Positions 1 to 10,778 of a stretch of 64,000 bases of DNA are shown one piece after another. The notes below the pieces were generated by a model. That model saw nothing but the letters and a program-made list of their open reading frames with translations. It made no database searches and was not told where the DNA came from. This DNA comes from Terracidiphilus sp. (GTDB lineage: Bacteria > Acidobacteriota > Terriglobia > Terriglobales > Acidobacteriaceae). Every line of letters starts with the position of its first letter. The first letter of the stretch is position 1. Location of the stretch: NCBI GenBank assembly GCA_035763705.1, contig DASUAU010000018.1:15-64014 (forward strand), written 5' to 3'. A program made the position numbers and the translations under genes.

Positions 1-885
1 GACCAGGTCCGCGCCGACATTCAGGCCTTCGAAAAAACCGTCGATCGCGTGGTCATGATCTGGTGCGGCTCCACGGAAATCTTTCTCAAGCAGACCGCCG
101 TGCACAAGTCCATCGCGGCCTTTGAGAAGGGCCTTGAAGAGAGCGATGCCGGCATCGCGCCGTCGCAGATTTACGCCTACGCGGCGCTCAGTGAAGGCGT
201 GCCCTTCGCCAACGGCGCACCCAATCTCACCGTCGATTTCCCGGCCATGATAGAGCTCTCCAAAAAGAACGGCGCGCCCATCTGCGGCAAGGACTTCAAA
301 ACCGGCCAGACATTCATGAAGACCGTCCTCGCGCCGGCCTTCAAGGCGCGCATGCTCGGCGTGCGCGGATGGTTCTCCACCAACATCCTCGGCAACCGCG
401 ACGGCGAAGTGCTGGACGATGCGCAGTCCTTCAAGACCAAGGAGGAGTCCAAGCTCGGCTCGCTCGAGTACATCTTCCAGCCTGAGCTCTACCCCGATCT
501 CTACAAGGACCTCTACCACAAGATACGGATCAACTATTATCCGCCGCGCGGCGATGAAAAAGAGGCCTGGGACAACATCGACATCGTCGGATGGCTCGGC
601 TATCCCATGCAGATGAAAATTGATTTCCTCTGCCGCGATTCCATCCTCGCCGCGCCCATCGCGCTTGACCTGGTGCTATTCCTTGACCTCGCCCAGCGCG
701 CGCCGTCGCTGCGCAACATCGGCATTCAGGAGTGGCTCAGCTTCTATCTCAAGTCGCCTCAAACCGCCGAGGGCCTCTACCCCGAGCACGATCTCTTCAT
801 CCAGTCCATGAAGCTCAAGAACACCCTGCGCCACATCATGGGTGCGGACCTCATCACCCACCTCGGCCTCGAGTATTACGACTAG
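1..885 (+). CDS. ino1: Myo-inositol-1-phosphate synthase, 5'-truncated by window edge
   Basis: Motifs WCGSTE, NGAPN, GKDFKTGQT, NILGNRDG, CRDSILAAPIALDL typical of MIPS. Confidence 0.93.
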   Translation, partial: DQVRADIQAFEKTVDRVVMIWCGSTEIFLKQTAVHKSIAAFEKGLEESDAGIAPSQIYAYAALSEGVPFANGAPNLTVDFPAMIELSKKNGAPICGKDFKTGQTFMKTVLAPAFKARMLGVRGWFSTNILGNRDGEVLDDAQSFKTKEESKLGSLEYIFQPELYPDLYKDLYHKIRINYYPPRGDEKEAWDNIDIVGWLGYPMQMKIDFLCRDSILAAPIALDLVLFLDLAQRAPSLRNIGIQEWLSFYLKSPQTAEGLYPEHDLFIQSMKLKNTLRHIMGADLITHLGLEYYD

Positions 886-923
886 GCCTACTACGACTGA
901 TTCCGGTCCGTCTCAGCCAAACC

Positions 924-954
924 AAAAGCCCCATCCTCTGCGGATGGGGCTTTT
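924..954. terminator. Bidirectional intrinsic terminator
   Basis: AAAAGCCCCATCC-tctgc-GGATGGGGCTTTT perfect stem with A and T tails between convergent genes. Confidence 0.9.
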
Positions 955-995
955 CACTTCAGCCGGGCTTATCACTTCAGCAAGGTGCAGCCGTC

Positions 996-1346
996 TCACT
1001 TCTTCTTCGGCTGCTTGGCAATCACCAGGTTCTGGATCTTCGCATACGTTGCCGCGGGCACAATGCCCTTGCTCTTCAACTGCGTCTTGTTCGCGTAGGG
1101 ACGTCCCGCCACAATTTTCTTCGCGTACACGTCGCCCACGCCGGGCAGCGCCTTCAGTTGCGCCTCGCTGGCGGAGTTGATGTCCAACATTTCGGTCTTG
1201 GCCGCGGCTGCATGCTTGGCCGTCTGCGCGGCCGTCGCCTTCGCCGGTGGTTTCGACTTGGCCACTGTCGTCGCCGGCAGAACCGTAAACAGAGAGAAGG
1301 CCGCCAGGCCCAGCAGCATCTTGCCAATGCGGGGAATCTTCATCAT
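996..1346 (-). CDS. Secreted helix-hairpin-helix (ComEA-like) DNA-binding protein
   Basis: Signal peptide, Lys/Ala linker, [26 protein letters not shown] HhH motif; AAGGAG SD before ATG 1346. Confidence 0.85.
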   Translation of the reverse strand: MMKIPRIGKMLLGLAAFSLFTVLPATTVAKSKPPAKATAAQTAKHAAAAKTEMLDINSASEAQLKALPGVGDVYAKKIVAGRPYANKTQLKSKGIVPAATYAKIQNLVIAKQPKKK

Positions 1347-1508
1347 GACATTCTCCTTTTCGTTCTTGTGCGGGCTTTCCCATTTCAATTGCCTTGCCGC
1401 GTGCTTCCTGCCGGCGCTGTCCGTCGCCGCGGCCCACCCATCATACCCCTCGCCGGGGATTGCCCGACTACAAATTTTTTGTCCTTCGAGTTCCGCCGCT
1501 GGCGCGCC

Positions 1509-3701
1509 TCACGCCACCGCTTCAACCTCCGTCACGCGCCGCACCGTCAGCACTGTAATGTCGTCCTCCTGCCCAAAGGACTTGGCCGCATCGGCAATAT
1601 AAAACGCGCTCTGGTTGCTCAGGTTGTGTACGCGGTCAAAGCCAAACAGCTCGCCCGTGGGCTGCTGCGCCTCCACCACGCCGTCACTCAGCAGCAGCAG
1701 CCGGTCGCCGGGGTGCAGATAGAGCCGCACCTCTTCATACGTCACCTCGGGAATTGCGCCCAGCGGCAACCCGCCCGGCAGCATCACCTCCTGGCTGTTC
1801 AGATAGGGCGGCAGATGCCCGGCGCTGGCCACCACCAGGTCCCCCTGCGCGCCGAACCACACCGCCTGGCAGGTCGTCAGCCCTTCGCCGCCCGTCAGCA
1901 CGCGATTCAGTGACTCCAGAATCCGCGCCGGGCTGCGCTCCTTGGTCTGCCGCAGCGCGCCCATCAGCATGCTCACCGTCATCGCCGCCTGCAACCCCTT
2001 GCCCGCCACATCGCCCAGCACCACCAGCAGGTTGCCGTCGTCCACCGGCTGAACGTAGTAGAAGTCTCCGCCCACCTCCGCCGCCGGATTGTAGACCGAA
2101 TCCACCTCGTAGCCCGGTGTCTCCAGCGTCTCCTGCGGAATCATCAGTTCCTGCACGCTGCGCGCCGCGGCCAGCTCGCTGGTCACGCGTTCCTGGTCAT
2201 GCTGGATGCGCAGGAAGCGTACAAAAATAATCAGCACAATCGCCAGCATGCCGATAAAGTCCGCCACGCTGGCAAAGTGAATCGGAATCATGCCCGCCTG
2301 GATTGTCAGCGGCGAGTGATACGCGTGCCCGCCCCAGTCGCTCATGCCGCCGGTCAAAATCGGCTCCACCAGGCCCACAATCGTCAGCACCAGCGGAATC
2401 AGCAGAAGGCCCGCCTCGAAGTTCCGCTTGATGGTGGCCAGAATCAGCGTGAGGAAGATAAACACCGTCCACATCACCATCCAGCCCAGGCTGCCCACAT
2501 AGATAAAGATCAGCAGCCAGATCACCAGCGCGTTGTGGTAGCCCAGCAGCAGCAGACCCGGCCCCACCCCGGCAAGAATCGGCGCGGTAAAGCGCATCAG
2601 TTGGATATACCAGCGCCGCTCCAGCGACAGAAACGCAATTAGAAACTCAAAGAAGAGATAGGCCGAGATCACCACCAGTTCCAGCAGCATCGCGCCATAC
2701 CAGAGTTGATCCAGCCACGCAAAACTGCCCAGCAGATCAATCACCGCAATCGGTGCCTGAATGCCCTCGTGCAGCGCCAGCCACAGATACTCCGCATGCC
2801 CGCGCTGCGTGTAGTAGAGCGCCAGCAGAAAGGCCGCCAGCACCAGCAGCATCATGGCCACCGTCAGCGCCGGCAAGTGCTCAAACAGGCTGTGTACCGC
2901 CCACAATTGCTGCTCGTTCTTCAGCTCCGCCGGATACCCCAGCCGCAGCGTCCGGCTGGAAAAAAAGTTGGTGTAGGCCGTCAACCCAAAGGGAATATAG
3001 AGCGTCCGCGCCACCAGCGTCAGGTCCGTCGTCTCCGGCGGCACGTTCAGGTCGTAGATGCGCGAAATCTCCTGGTACCGCCCCGCCGCGCTGCCGTGCG
3101 GACCCTCCGGCGCAATCAGCCTGCCGTTCGCATAAACATCCACGACCTGCCCGCCCGCGCCAAAGGCCATCGTCGCGTTCTGCACCACGGGCAGCGCAAT
3201 CAGCAGCGCCACCGGCCCGTGGCCCTTGGCCAGCTTCACATGCAGCCGGAACCACACCCACGGATGATTTTCCTGCTCAAGCGAAACAGTGCCGGGTGCA
3301 TGCGCACCTGCTTTCTGGTCATGTTGCGGGTCCTGGTCGCTAATCTCGTCCAGGCTGTCGCCCGCATTGCGCAGCATCCACTTGGAGTCGTCAAACCCCG
3401 GCAGCGCCGCCGCCGGATTTGCCGACACGCCCACGCGCCAGTTCTTGTCCAGCGTCATCGGTGACCCGATATGCGTCGCGTCCACCACCACCGCCGGAGG
3501 AGCGGTCGCCTCGGCGGCCTTCGCGGCCCCTTTCCGCACCGCCGCGCTCTCCTGCGGCCCATTCCCGGCAATCCTGCCTGCCACGTGCCGGGCCACCGCT
3601 CCGGCAGCCCGCACCTTTGTCACCGGCCTCTGTGCCTGCGCTGCCACCGCCAGCGCCAGCCCCGCAGCCACACCTGCCACCATCGCCGTCGTGCGTTGCA
3701 A
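1509..3701 (-). CDS. Membrane-bound SpoIIE/RsbU-type PP2C phosphatase with extracellular sugar-binding-like domain and multi-TM region
   Basis: VGGDFY, GDVAGKG, SAGH, LSDGVVEA, EDDIT motifs; about 7 hydrophobic segments; signal peptide. Confidence 0.88.
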   Translation of the reverse strand: MQRTTAMVAGVAAGLALAVAAQAQRPVTKVRAAGAVARHVAGRIAGNGPQESAAVRKGAAKAAEATAPPAVVVDATHIGSPMTLDKNWRVGVSANPAAALPGFDDSKWMLRNAGDSLDEISDQDPQHDQKAGAHAPGTVSLEQENHPWVWFRLHVKLAKGHGPVALLIALPVVQNATMAFGAGGQVVDVYANGRLIAPEGPHGSAAGRYQEISRIYDLNVPPETTDLTLVARTLYIPFGLTAYTNFFSSRTLRLGYPAELKNEQQLWAVHSLFEHLPALTVAMMLLVLAAFLLALYYTQRGHAEYLWLALHEGIQAPIAVIDLLGSFAWLDQLWYGAMLLELVVISAYLFFEFLIAFLSLERRWYIQLMRFTAPILAGVGPGLLLLGYHNALVIWLLIFIYVGSLGWMVMWTVFIFLTLILATIKRNFEAGLLLIPLVLTIVGLVEPILTGGMSDWGGHAYHSPLTIQAGMIPIHFASVADFIGMLAIVLIIFVRFLRIQHDQERVTSELAAARSVQELMIPQETLETPGYEVDSVYNPAAEVGGDFYYVQPVDDGNLLVVLGDVAGKGLQAAMTVSMLMGALRQTKERSPARILESLNRVLTGGEGLTTCQAVWFGAQGDLVVASAGHLPPYLNSQEVMLPGGLPLGAIPEVTYEEVRLYLHPGDRLLLLSDGVVEAQQPTGELFGFDRVHNLSNQSAFYIADAAKSFGQEDDITVLTVRRVTEVEAVA

Positions 3702-3958
3702 GAATGCCTCCCGAGCCCGTATTCACCACTTTAATGCAGAAAGCCGGTCGTTCCAATCCGATCGAAGGCCGCCAGCCTTTTCCCAGTCCAGACGCCTCTT
3801 CCCGCCTCGCCGCCGGCCATTCGCGCCGCCCGCATCCGGCCCGCATCCCGTCAGGCTGCCGCAATTTCTTTTTCCCCCTGCTCCCCAACCGGCGGATACT
3901 GGAGTCTATACAGTGCGTTGGTGCGCACTCTCGCGTCCACATCCACAGAGGGGGGGAC

Positions 3959-5209
3959 ATGCAGACCAATCATTTCCGCTCAGCCAGCCCGTTTTTCAAC
4001 CTCCGCGCAGCCCTGCTTGCCGCGGCGGCCCTCGCGCTCAGCGGAGCCCTCGCGGCCCAAACCACCTCCACGCCTTCCAGTCCCTCCCCTGCCACGTCCA
4101 CGCAAAGCACCACCACCGCCAAGCCCGCCCCCGGCGCCACCCCCGTCGCCGGCGATGTCCCGGCCCCGACCGCAACCTCCGGCAAGAAGGACAAAAAAGA
4201 CAAGGCCGATAAAAAAGACAAGAACAAGAAGGACGACGATGCGAACGTCGATGTCGATCCCGACAAGGTCGTCGGCGTCGGCAGCGACATGGATACGCAC
4301 ATCAAGAAGGGAAGCATCCAGGATGTCAGCTCCGTCGGCAACCGCGACATCGGCGGCCGCGGCCTGGGCAACTGGTACTCCACTGAAACCGAAATCAAGA
4401 TGGGCAGGATGTACGCCGACGAGATTGACAAAAGCACCCACTTCATCACCGATCCCGTCGTCACCGAATACGTCAACCGCATCGGCCAGAACCTTGTCCG
4501 CAACTCCGACTGCAAGGTGCCCTTCACCATCAAGGTCATCGATTCCGACGAGATCAACGCCATGGCCCTCCCCGGCGGATTCTTCTATGTCAACTCCGGC
4601 CTCATCCTCGCCGCGGACGAGGAGGCGGAGCTGGCCGGCGTCATGGCCCATGAAATTGCCCACGTCTGCGCCCACCATGCCGCGCGTGAAATGACCCGCA
4701 TGAACTACGCCCAGCTCGGCACCGTGCCGCTCATCTTCATCGGCGGCTGGACCGGCTATGGCATCTACGAAGCCGCGTCCCTCGGCGTTCCGCTCACCTT
4801 CCTCCACTTCTCCCGCGAGTTCGAGGCCCAGGCCGACTATCTCGGCATTCAATATATGTATCGCGCCGGATACGATCCGCAGGCCTTCATCAGCTTCTTT
4901 GAGAAGATTCAGGCCCTTGAAAAGCGCAAGCCCGGCCTCGTCTCCAAGGCCTTTAGTGACCACCCCCAGACCCCCGACCGCATCCTCCACAGCCAGGGGG
5001 AGATTGCCCAGATCCTGCCGTCCAAGGCCGAATACCTCGTCACCACCTCCGAGTTCGATCAGGTCAAGGCACGCTTGGCGCGCATTGAGAACAAGCGCCG
5101 CCTGCTCGACAACCGCGACAAGAACAAGCCCTCCCTGCGCCGCGCCAGCAACCCCAGCGGCACCGGCGACGACCGGCCCACCCTCCACCGCCGCGACGAC
5201 CAGAACTAG
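3959..5209 (+). CDS. M48 family zinc metalloprotease (BepA/YfgC-like), exported
   Basis: INAMALPGG, HEIAH (HExxH), FSREFEAQAD, DHP motifs; signal peptide; G-rich SD before ATG 3959. Confidence 0.9.
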   Translation: MQTNHFRSASPFFNLRAALLAAAALALSGALAAQTTSTPSSPSPATSTQSTTTAKPAPGATPVAGDVPAPTATSGKKDKKDKADKKDKNKKDDDANVDVDPDKVVGVGSDMDTHIKKGSIQDVSSVGNRDIGGRGLGNWYSTETEIKMGRMYADEIDKSTHFITDPVVTEYVNRIGQNLVRNSDCKVPFTIKVIDSDEINAMALPGGFFYVNSGLILAADEEAELAGVMAHEIAHVCAHHAAREMTRMNYAQLGTVPLIFIGGWTGYGIYEAASLGVPLTFLHFSREFEAQADYLGIQYMYRAGYDPQAFISFFEKIQALEKRKPGLVSKAFSDHPQTPDRILHSQGEIAQILPSKAEYLVTTSEFDQVKARLARIENKRRLLDNRDKNKPSLRRASNPSGTGDDRPTLHRRDDQN

Positions 5210-5225
5210 CGCCGGCCTTTCGTCC

Positions 5226-5333
5226 GTTGCCCCATCCTTTTCCGCGCACGTTGCGGAAAGGCTGGGTAGCCCCGCGCTTCCCAGCCGCAAAAAATGGGTA
5301 CCCCAGGGTCTCGATTCTGAGACCTGGGAGACC
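5226..5333. repeat. Two REP-like extragenic palindromes
   Basis: CCCATCCTTTTCCGC...GCGGAAAGGCTGGG (5231-5266) and CCCAGGGTCTC-gattct-GAGACCTGGG (5302-5328), each led by a GTTGCCCC/GGTACCCC head. Confidence 0.65.
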
Positions 5334-5354
5334 TCGAACCATAGCTCGTCTCAC

Positions 5355-5396
5355 CTGCCGACTGTCGGCTGTTTGCTGTCCGCTCTCGGCTGTCCC
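5355..5396. repeat. Heptamer tandem repeat (CTGTCGG-like x6)
   Basis: CTGCCGA CTGTCGG CTGTTTG CTGTCCG CTCTCGG CTGTCCC. Confidence 0.7.
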
Positions 5397-5649
5397 GCAC
5401 CTTCTGCACCAACTGCACAACTCCTAGTGCACCCCAGCCCCTCCAGCCCAACCGGCGGGGTTTTTCCTCGCACAAACGAGCCCGCAGCCCGCCGGTAACC
5501 CCATACGCCTTACCAAAAGCTCCTGAAATTTCCGGCAACAACCCTGAAAACCCTTGAAGTTGCCGCCAAAACCGCGCTATATACAGGAGTACCGGCACTG
5601 CCACCGGCATCGTCAGGGGCGGCTCGCCTCTCCGACTCATGGGGGATTT

Positions 5650-5919
5650 ATGCGCAACACCGCCGTCCGTTCCAACCTGCTCGTCCCGGAAGTCCGCGAG
5701 GTCATGGACATCCGCCAGGCCTCCGACTACCTCGGCATCTCGCCCGACACCCTCTACAAATACGCCTCAGAGGGCTTCGTCCCCGCCTTCAAGCTCGGCA
5801 ACCGCTGGCGCTTCAAGCGCTCGCGCCTCGACGAGTGGATGGACCGCCAGAGCGACCAGCAGGCCGCCGAAGCCGAACTCGACCCCCACCAGAAAAAGCC
5901 CGTCCGCCCCGCGCTGTAA
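5650..5919 (+). CDS. Stand-alone excisionase/MerR-like helix-turn-helix protein (HTH_17)
   Basis: VMDIRQASDYLGISPDTLYKYASEGFVPAFKLGNRWRFKRSRLDEWM pattern; GGGGGA SD. Confidence 0.88.
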   Translation: MRNTAVRSNLLVPEVREVMDIRQASDYLGISPDTLYKYASEGFVPAFKLGNRWRFKRSRLDEWMDRQSDQQAAEAELDPHQKKPVRPAL

Positions 5920-5952
5920 GGGCAGGGAATCACTCGCCCGCGCCACCAACCC

Positions 5953-5989
5953 TTGACTTCACGCCTGATATATACCATGCTATATACCA
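5953..5989 (+). promoter_or_regulatory. Probable vapBC promoter/operator
   Basis: TTGACT at 5953 followed by two TATATACCA direct repeats (5969-5977, 5981-5989) just upstream of the antitoxin. Confidence 0.55.
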
Positions 5990-5998
5990 GGTGCGCCG

Positions 5999-6250
5999 AT
6001 GACTCAATCTCTCAAAACCCGCGTCTTCATGTCCGGCCGCAGCCAGGCCGTCCGCGTTCCCGCGCCCTTTCGTTTCACATCGGAAGAAGTCTACGTCCGC
6101 CGCGATCCGCAAACCGGCGATCTTATCCTCTCGCAGTCGCCGCCCGCCACTTGGCCTGAGGTCTACGCCGCGCTCGACGAGGCTGCATTCCCCGCCGACT
6201 TCCTCGACGACCGCCGCCAGGGAACCGCCGAAACCCGCGAGCCGCTTTAG
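5999..6250 (+). CDS. vapB: AbrB/SpoVT-fold antitoxin (VapB/VagC)
   Basis: TRVFMSGRSQAVRVPAPFRF...EVYVRRD...GDLILS signature; ends REPL. Confidence 0.9.
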   Translation: MTQSLKTRVFMSGRSQAVRVPAPFRFTSEEVYVRRDPQTGDLILSQSPPATWPEVYAALDEAAFPADFLDDRRQGTAETREPL

Positions 6251-6273
6251 GGCCTGTCGCATCGCCCGGCTTT

Positions 6274-6496
6274 GAAAGGGCACGACTTCACAGCTTGCGG
6301 AAAAACTCGTTGCATGCGGGGCACTGTAACAGGGCACGAGTTTACTCGTGCCGCAACGGTCGCAAAATGAGCGCGGGCTTCAGCCCCTGCCAATGCCCGT
6401 CATTCGGGATATGATCGACGTTTTCTCTTTTTCCGCAGCCTCTTCAGTCGTGCCGGAAAAGGCAGTGGAAGGATATTGGGCTTCAGCCCCTGAGGG
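6274..6496. repeat. REP-like element (GGCACGAC-TTCA-GTCGTGCC hairpin plus GGGCTTCAGCCC hairpin), interrupted in its loop
   Basis: Left arm 6279-6286, right arm 6447-6454, second hairpin 6478-6489. Confidence 0.75.
6291..6442. mobile_element. Non-autonomous MITE, 152 bp, with 15-bp imperfect TIRs and 4-bp target duplication
   Basis: Starts CAGCTTGCGGAAAAA, ends TTTTTCCGCAGCCTC (12/15 complementary); TTCA at 6287-6290 and 6443-6446. Confidence 0.75.
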
Positions 6497-6550
6497 AGTG
6501 AACTCAAGCTGGCCTGAAACAGGCATGAAACAGCTTTGGTGAACCAACGC

Positions 6551-6979
6551 ATGACCCGCCTCTACATGCTCGACACCAACACCGTCAGCTACATCCTCAA
6601 GGGTTCATCCCCTTCCGCGCGCCATCGTCTTGCTCATCTCCATCAGGACGAAGTCGCCTGCATCTCTTCCATCACCGCGGCCGAGCTCTGGTACGGCCTC
6701 GCCCACATCGGCGCCAGCGAGCCGCGCCGCAACGCTCTTCAAACTTTTCTCTCGCGCTTGCAGGTGTTGCCGTGGGGCAGTCAGGAAGCCGCCGCCTATG
6801 GCGTCTTCCGCGCTCAACAGGAGTCGCTCGGCAAGCCCCTCGGCCCGCTCGACACGCTCATCGCCGCACACTCCATCGCCGTCCACGCCACGCTCGTCAG
6901 CAGCGATGCTGCCTTCCGCCACGCCGCCGGCCTGCACGCCCTCGAATCCTGGGCCGTAGATCCTGGGCCACGGATTTGA
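6551..6979 (+). CDS. vapC: PIN-domain ribonuclease toxin VapC
   Basis: YMLDTNTVSY, SSITAAELWYG, GPLDTLIAAH, LVSSD motifs with the conserved acidic residues. Confidence 0.92.
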   Translation: MTRLYMLDTNTVSYILKGSSPSARHRLAHLHQDEVACISSITAAELWYGLAHIGASEPRRNALQTFLSRLQVLPWGSQEAAAYGVFRAQQESLGKPLGPLDTLIAAHSIAVHATLVSSDAAFRHAAGLHALESWAVDPGPRI

Positions 6980-7096
6980 TTCGTTAGCGTCTCACGGCTC
7001 TTTTTTCGCGCACTTTGCGCTGGTTGCTGTCCCGCTCCCTGTTGCATGGTCCCTACTCCCTGTTTCACCGCACCCCGCCGTGATATACCTCTACGG

Positions 7097-8188
7097 GTGG
7101 ACCACCTACGCCGCATCGGTCAGCTTCGCCGCCGCATGACCCGCGCCGGAATTCCCGGCCTCGTCGTCACCCATCTGCCGGATGTCCGCTACCTCAGCGG
7201 ATTCTCCGGCTCCTCGGCCGCGCTCGCCGTCACGCGCCGCGCCGCGCGGCTATTCACGGACGGCCGTTACACCACGCAGGCCGCCGAGGAAGTCCGCGCC
7301 GCCAAAATCCAGATTGGCTCCGGCCCGCCCTCCATCGCCGCCGTGCAATGGCTCGCCGCGCTGCCCGGCATCGCCTTTGCCGCATTTGACCCCGCGCACA
7401 CCACCGTGGCTGACCTCGCCCGCTGCCGCGCCGAGCTGCCCGCACGCCTGCGCCGCGGCTTTCTTTCCGCGCTCGCCGGCCCGCTCGTCGAGCCCCTCCG
7501 CATGGTCAAGGACGAAGCCGAATTGACCCTCATGATCGAGGCCGCCGTCATGGGCTGCTCACTCTTCGAGCACATCCTCGGCCAAATCCGCCCCGGCATG
7601 GCAGAGGTTGAGGTCGCTGCCGAGCTCGAGCACCGCGCCCGCATCCTCGGCGCTGAGGGCATGTCGTTTGACACCATTGTGGCCAGCGGCACGCGCTCGG
7701 CCCTGCCCCACGGCCATGCCACGCAGGCCCGCCTGCCCCGCCGCGGGTTCCTCACCCTCGACTTCGGTGTTATCCTCAAAGGTTACTGCTCGGACATGAC
7801 CCGTACGGTCTACCTGGGCACGCCAAAGCCAAAGGAACGTGCCGCTTACGCTGCCGTTCTTGAAGCGCAGCAGGCCGGGGTGGCAGCCGTCACCGCCGGG
7901 GCTGCCTGCGCTGCCGTGGACGAGGCGGCGCGCAGCGTGCTCCGCAAGGCGGGCCTGGCCGAGGCATTTGCGCACTCCACCGGCCACGGCGTCGGGCTGG
8001 AGATACACGAGCCGCCGCGCCTGGGCGTTGGCCAATCCAGCCGCCTGCTGCCCGGCATGGTGGTCACCATTGAACCGGGGGTCTATTTTCCAGGCGAATT
8101 CGGCATCCGCATTGAGGACATGGTGGCCGTCACGCGCACCGGAGGCCAGGTGCTCACCCCCGCGCCCAAGGCCCTCATCGAGCTTTGA
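7097..8188 (+). CDS. Xaa-Pro aminopeptidase (M24B)
   Basis: YLSGFSGS, TDGRY, DFG...YCSDMTRT, HSTGHGVGLEIHE, TIEPGVY, GIRIED; GTG start inferred. Confidence 0.92.
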   Translation: MDHLRRIGQLRRRMTRAGIPGLVVTHLPDVRYLSGFSGSSAALAVTRRAARLFTDGRYTTQAAEEVRAAKIQIGSGPPSIAAVQWLAALPGIAFAAFDPAHTTVADLARCRAELPARLRRGFLSALAGPLVEPLRMVKDEAELTLMIEAAVMGCSLFEHILGQIRPGMAEVEVAAELEHRARILGAEGMSFDTIVASGTRSALPHGHATQARLPRRGFLTLDFGVILKGYCSDMTRTVYLGTPKPKERAAYAAVLEAQQAGVAAVTAGAACAAVDEAARSVLRKAGLAEAFAHSTGHGVGLEIHEPPRLGVGQSSRLLPGMVVTIEPGVYFPGEFGIRIEDMVAVTRTGGQVLTPAPKALIEL

Positions 8189-8230
8189 TTTCCCCGCCGT
8201 TGCGCGGGCTGTGAGAGAGACGAGCAAGCA

Positions 8231-8719
<489 letters not shown>

Positions 8720-8768
8720 CGCCTTCTCCGCGCGCCGCAGCCCGCTCTTTTGTTTGATAGGGACGTGC

Positions 8769-10121
<1,353 letters not shown>

Positions 10122-10145
10122 GAAAGCCTGTTCACCATAACCGAC

Positions 10146-10200
10146 TGTCATCTTGAGCGAAGGCTGCGCAGCAGCCGAAGTCGAAAGATCTGCGGTTGCT
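10146..10200. repeat. GTCAT-headed REP-like palindrome
   Basis: TGTCATCTTGAGCGAA-GGCTGC-gca-GCAGCC-GAAGTCGAAAGATCT bulged hairpin just after accC. Confidence 0.65.
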
Positions 10201-10232
10201 TTTGGCTTCTACTTTCACCTGGATAGGTCCGT

Positions 10233-10445
10233 TCAGGAAAAGATTCCCCATACAAGCAGGACGCCGGCAAGAATATTTAGTAGGACACCAAGCCAAAAGA
10301 AAGCCGGATCATCAGACCTCTTCACATCTCCGATGTATAGAACCGGCCAAACCGTGCCGGTGCGTAAACCTCTATACGCACTCCACCAAAAGACCAAAGA
10401 CAGCAGCAGTAGGGTCACTTTCTCTGAAGTGTTCATGTGTTCCAT
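10233..10445 (-). CDS. Small two-TM hypothetical membrane protein, AT-richer than flanks
   Basis: TLLLLSLVFWWSAY...RSDDPAFFWLGVLLNILAGVLLVW hydrophobic pattern; start uncertain. Confidence 0.55.
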   Translation of the reverse strand: MEHMNTSEKVTLLLLSLVFWWSAYRGLRTGTVWPVLYIGDVKRSDDPAFFWLGVLLNILAGVLLVWGIFS

Positions 10446-10743
10446 AGCAGCTAAGGTCCCCCCACTCACATATGCCGCGCGCCAAATGCATTGTAAACAT
10501 CACCGCAGAATGCCCTAAATCTAGCTTTCGAGAGACCGCGTCCAATTCGTACCTGAACATGCTAAAGGGAATCCAGCCTCCATATCCCTGTACCACTGTC
10601 AACCCCTCCATCTTCACCCCTGCCCTTAACCCCCTCATTCCGCTCGTCAAAATCTGCGCGCGCATTTGCCGATTATTTCCGCACTCTGCGGCACAATGGA
10701 ACTGTCAATGGAGAACCCATGCGCCGAACCCGCCACCAACCCG

Positions 10744-10778
10744 CTGACAACTGACAACTGAGGGCTGACAACTGGCCG
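10744..10778. repeat. Heptamer tandem repeat (CTGACAA x5, imperfect)
   Basis: CTGACAA CTGACAA CTGAGGG CTGACAA CTGGCCG. Confidence 0.75.

Noticed and set aside
3419-3958. N-terminal extension of the M48 ORF
   Set aside because: Overlaps the divergent phosphatase gene; signal peptide and SD point to ATG 3959.
6348-6542. 64-aa ORF between vapB and vapC as a third TA component
   Set aside because: Runs through the MITE and REP hairpins, with no SD or protein-like features.
5650-6979. Prophage or integrative element suggested by the excisionase-like gene plus TA pair
   Set aside because: No integrase, att repeats, tRNA or phage genes; flanks are core genes.
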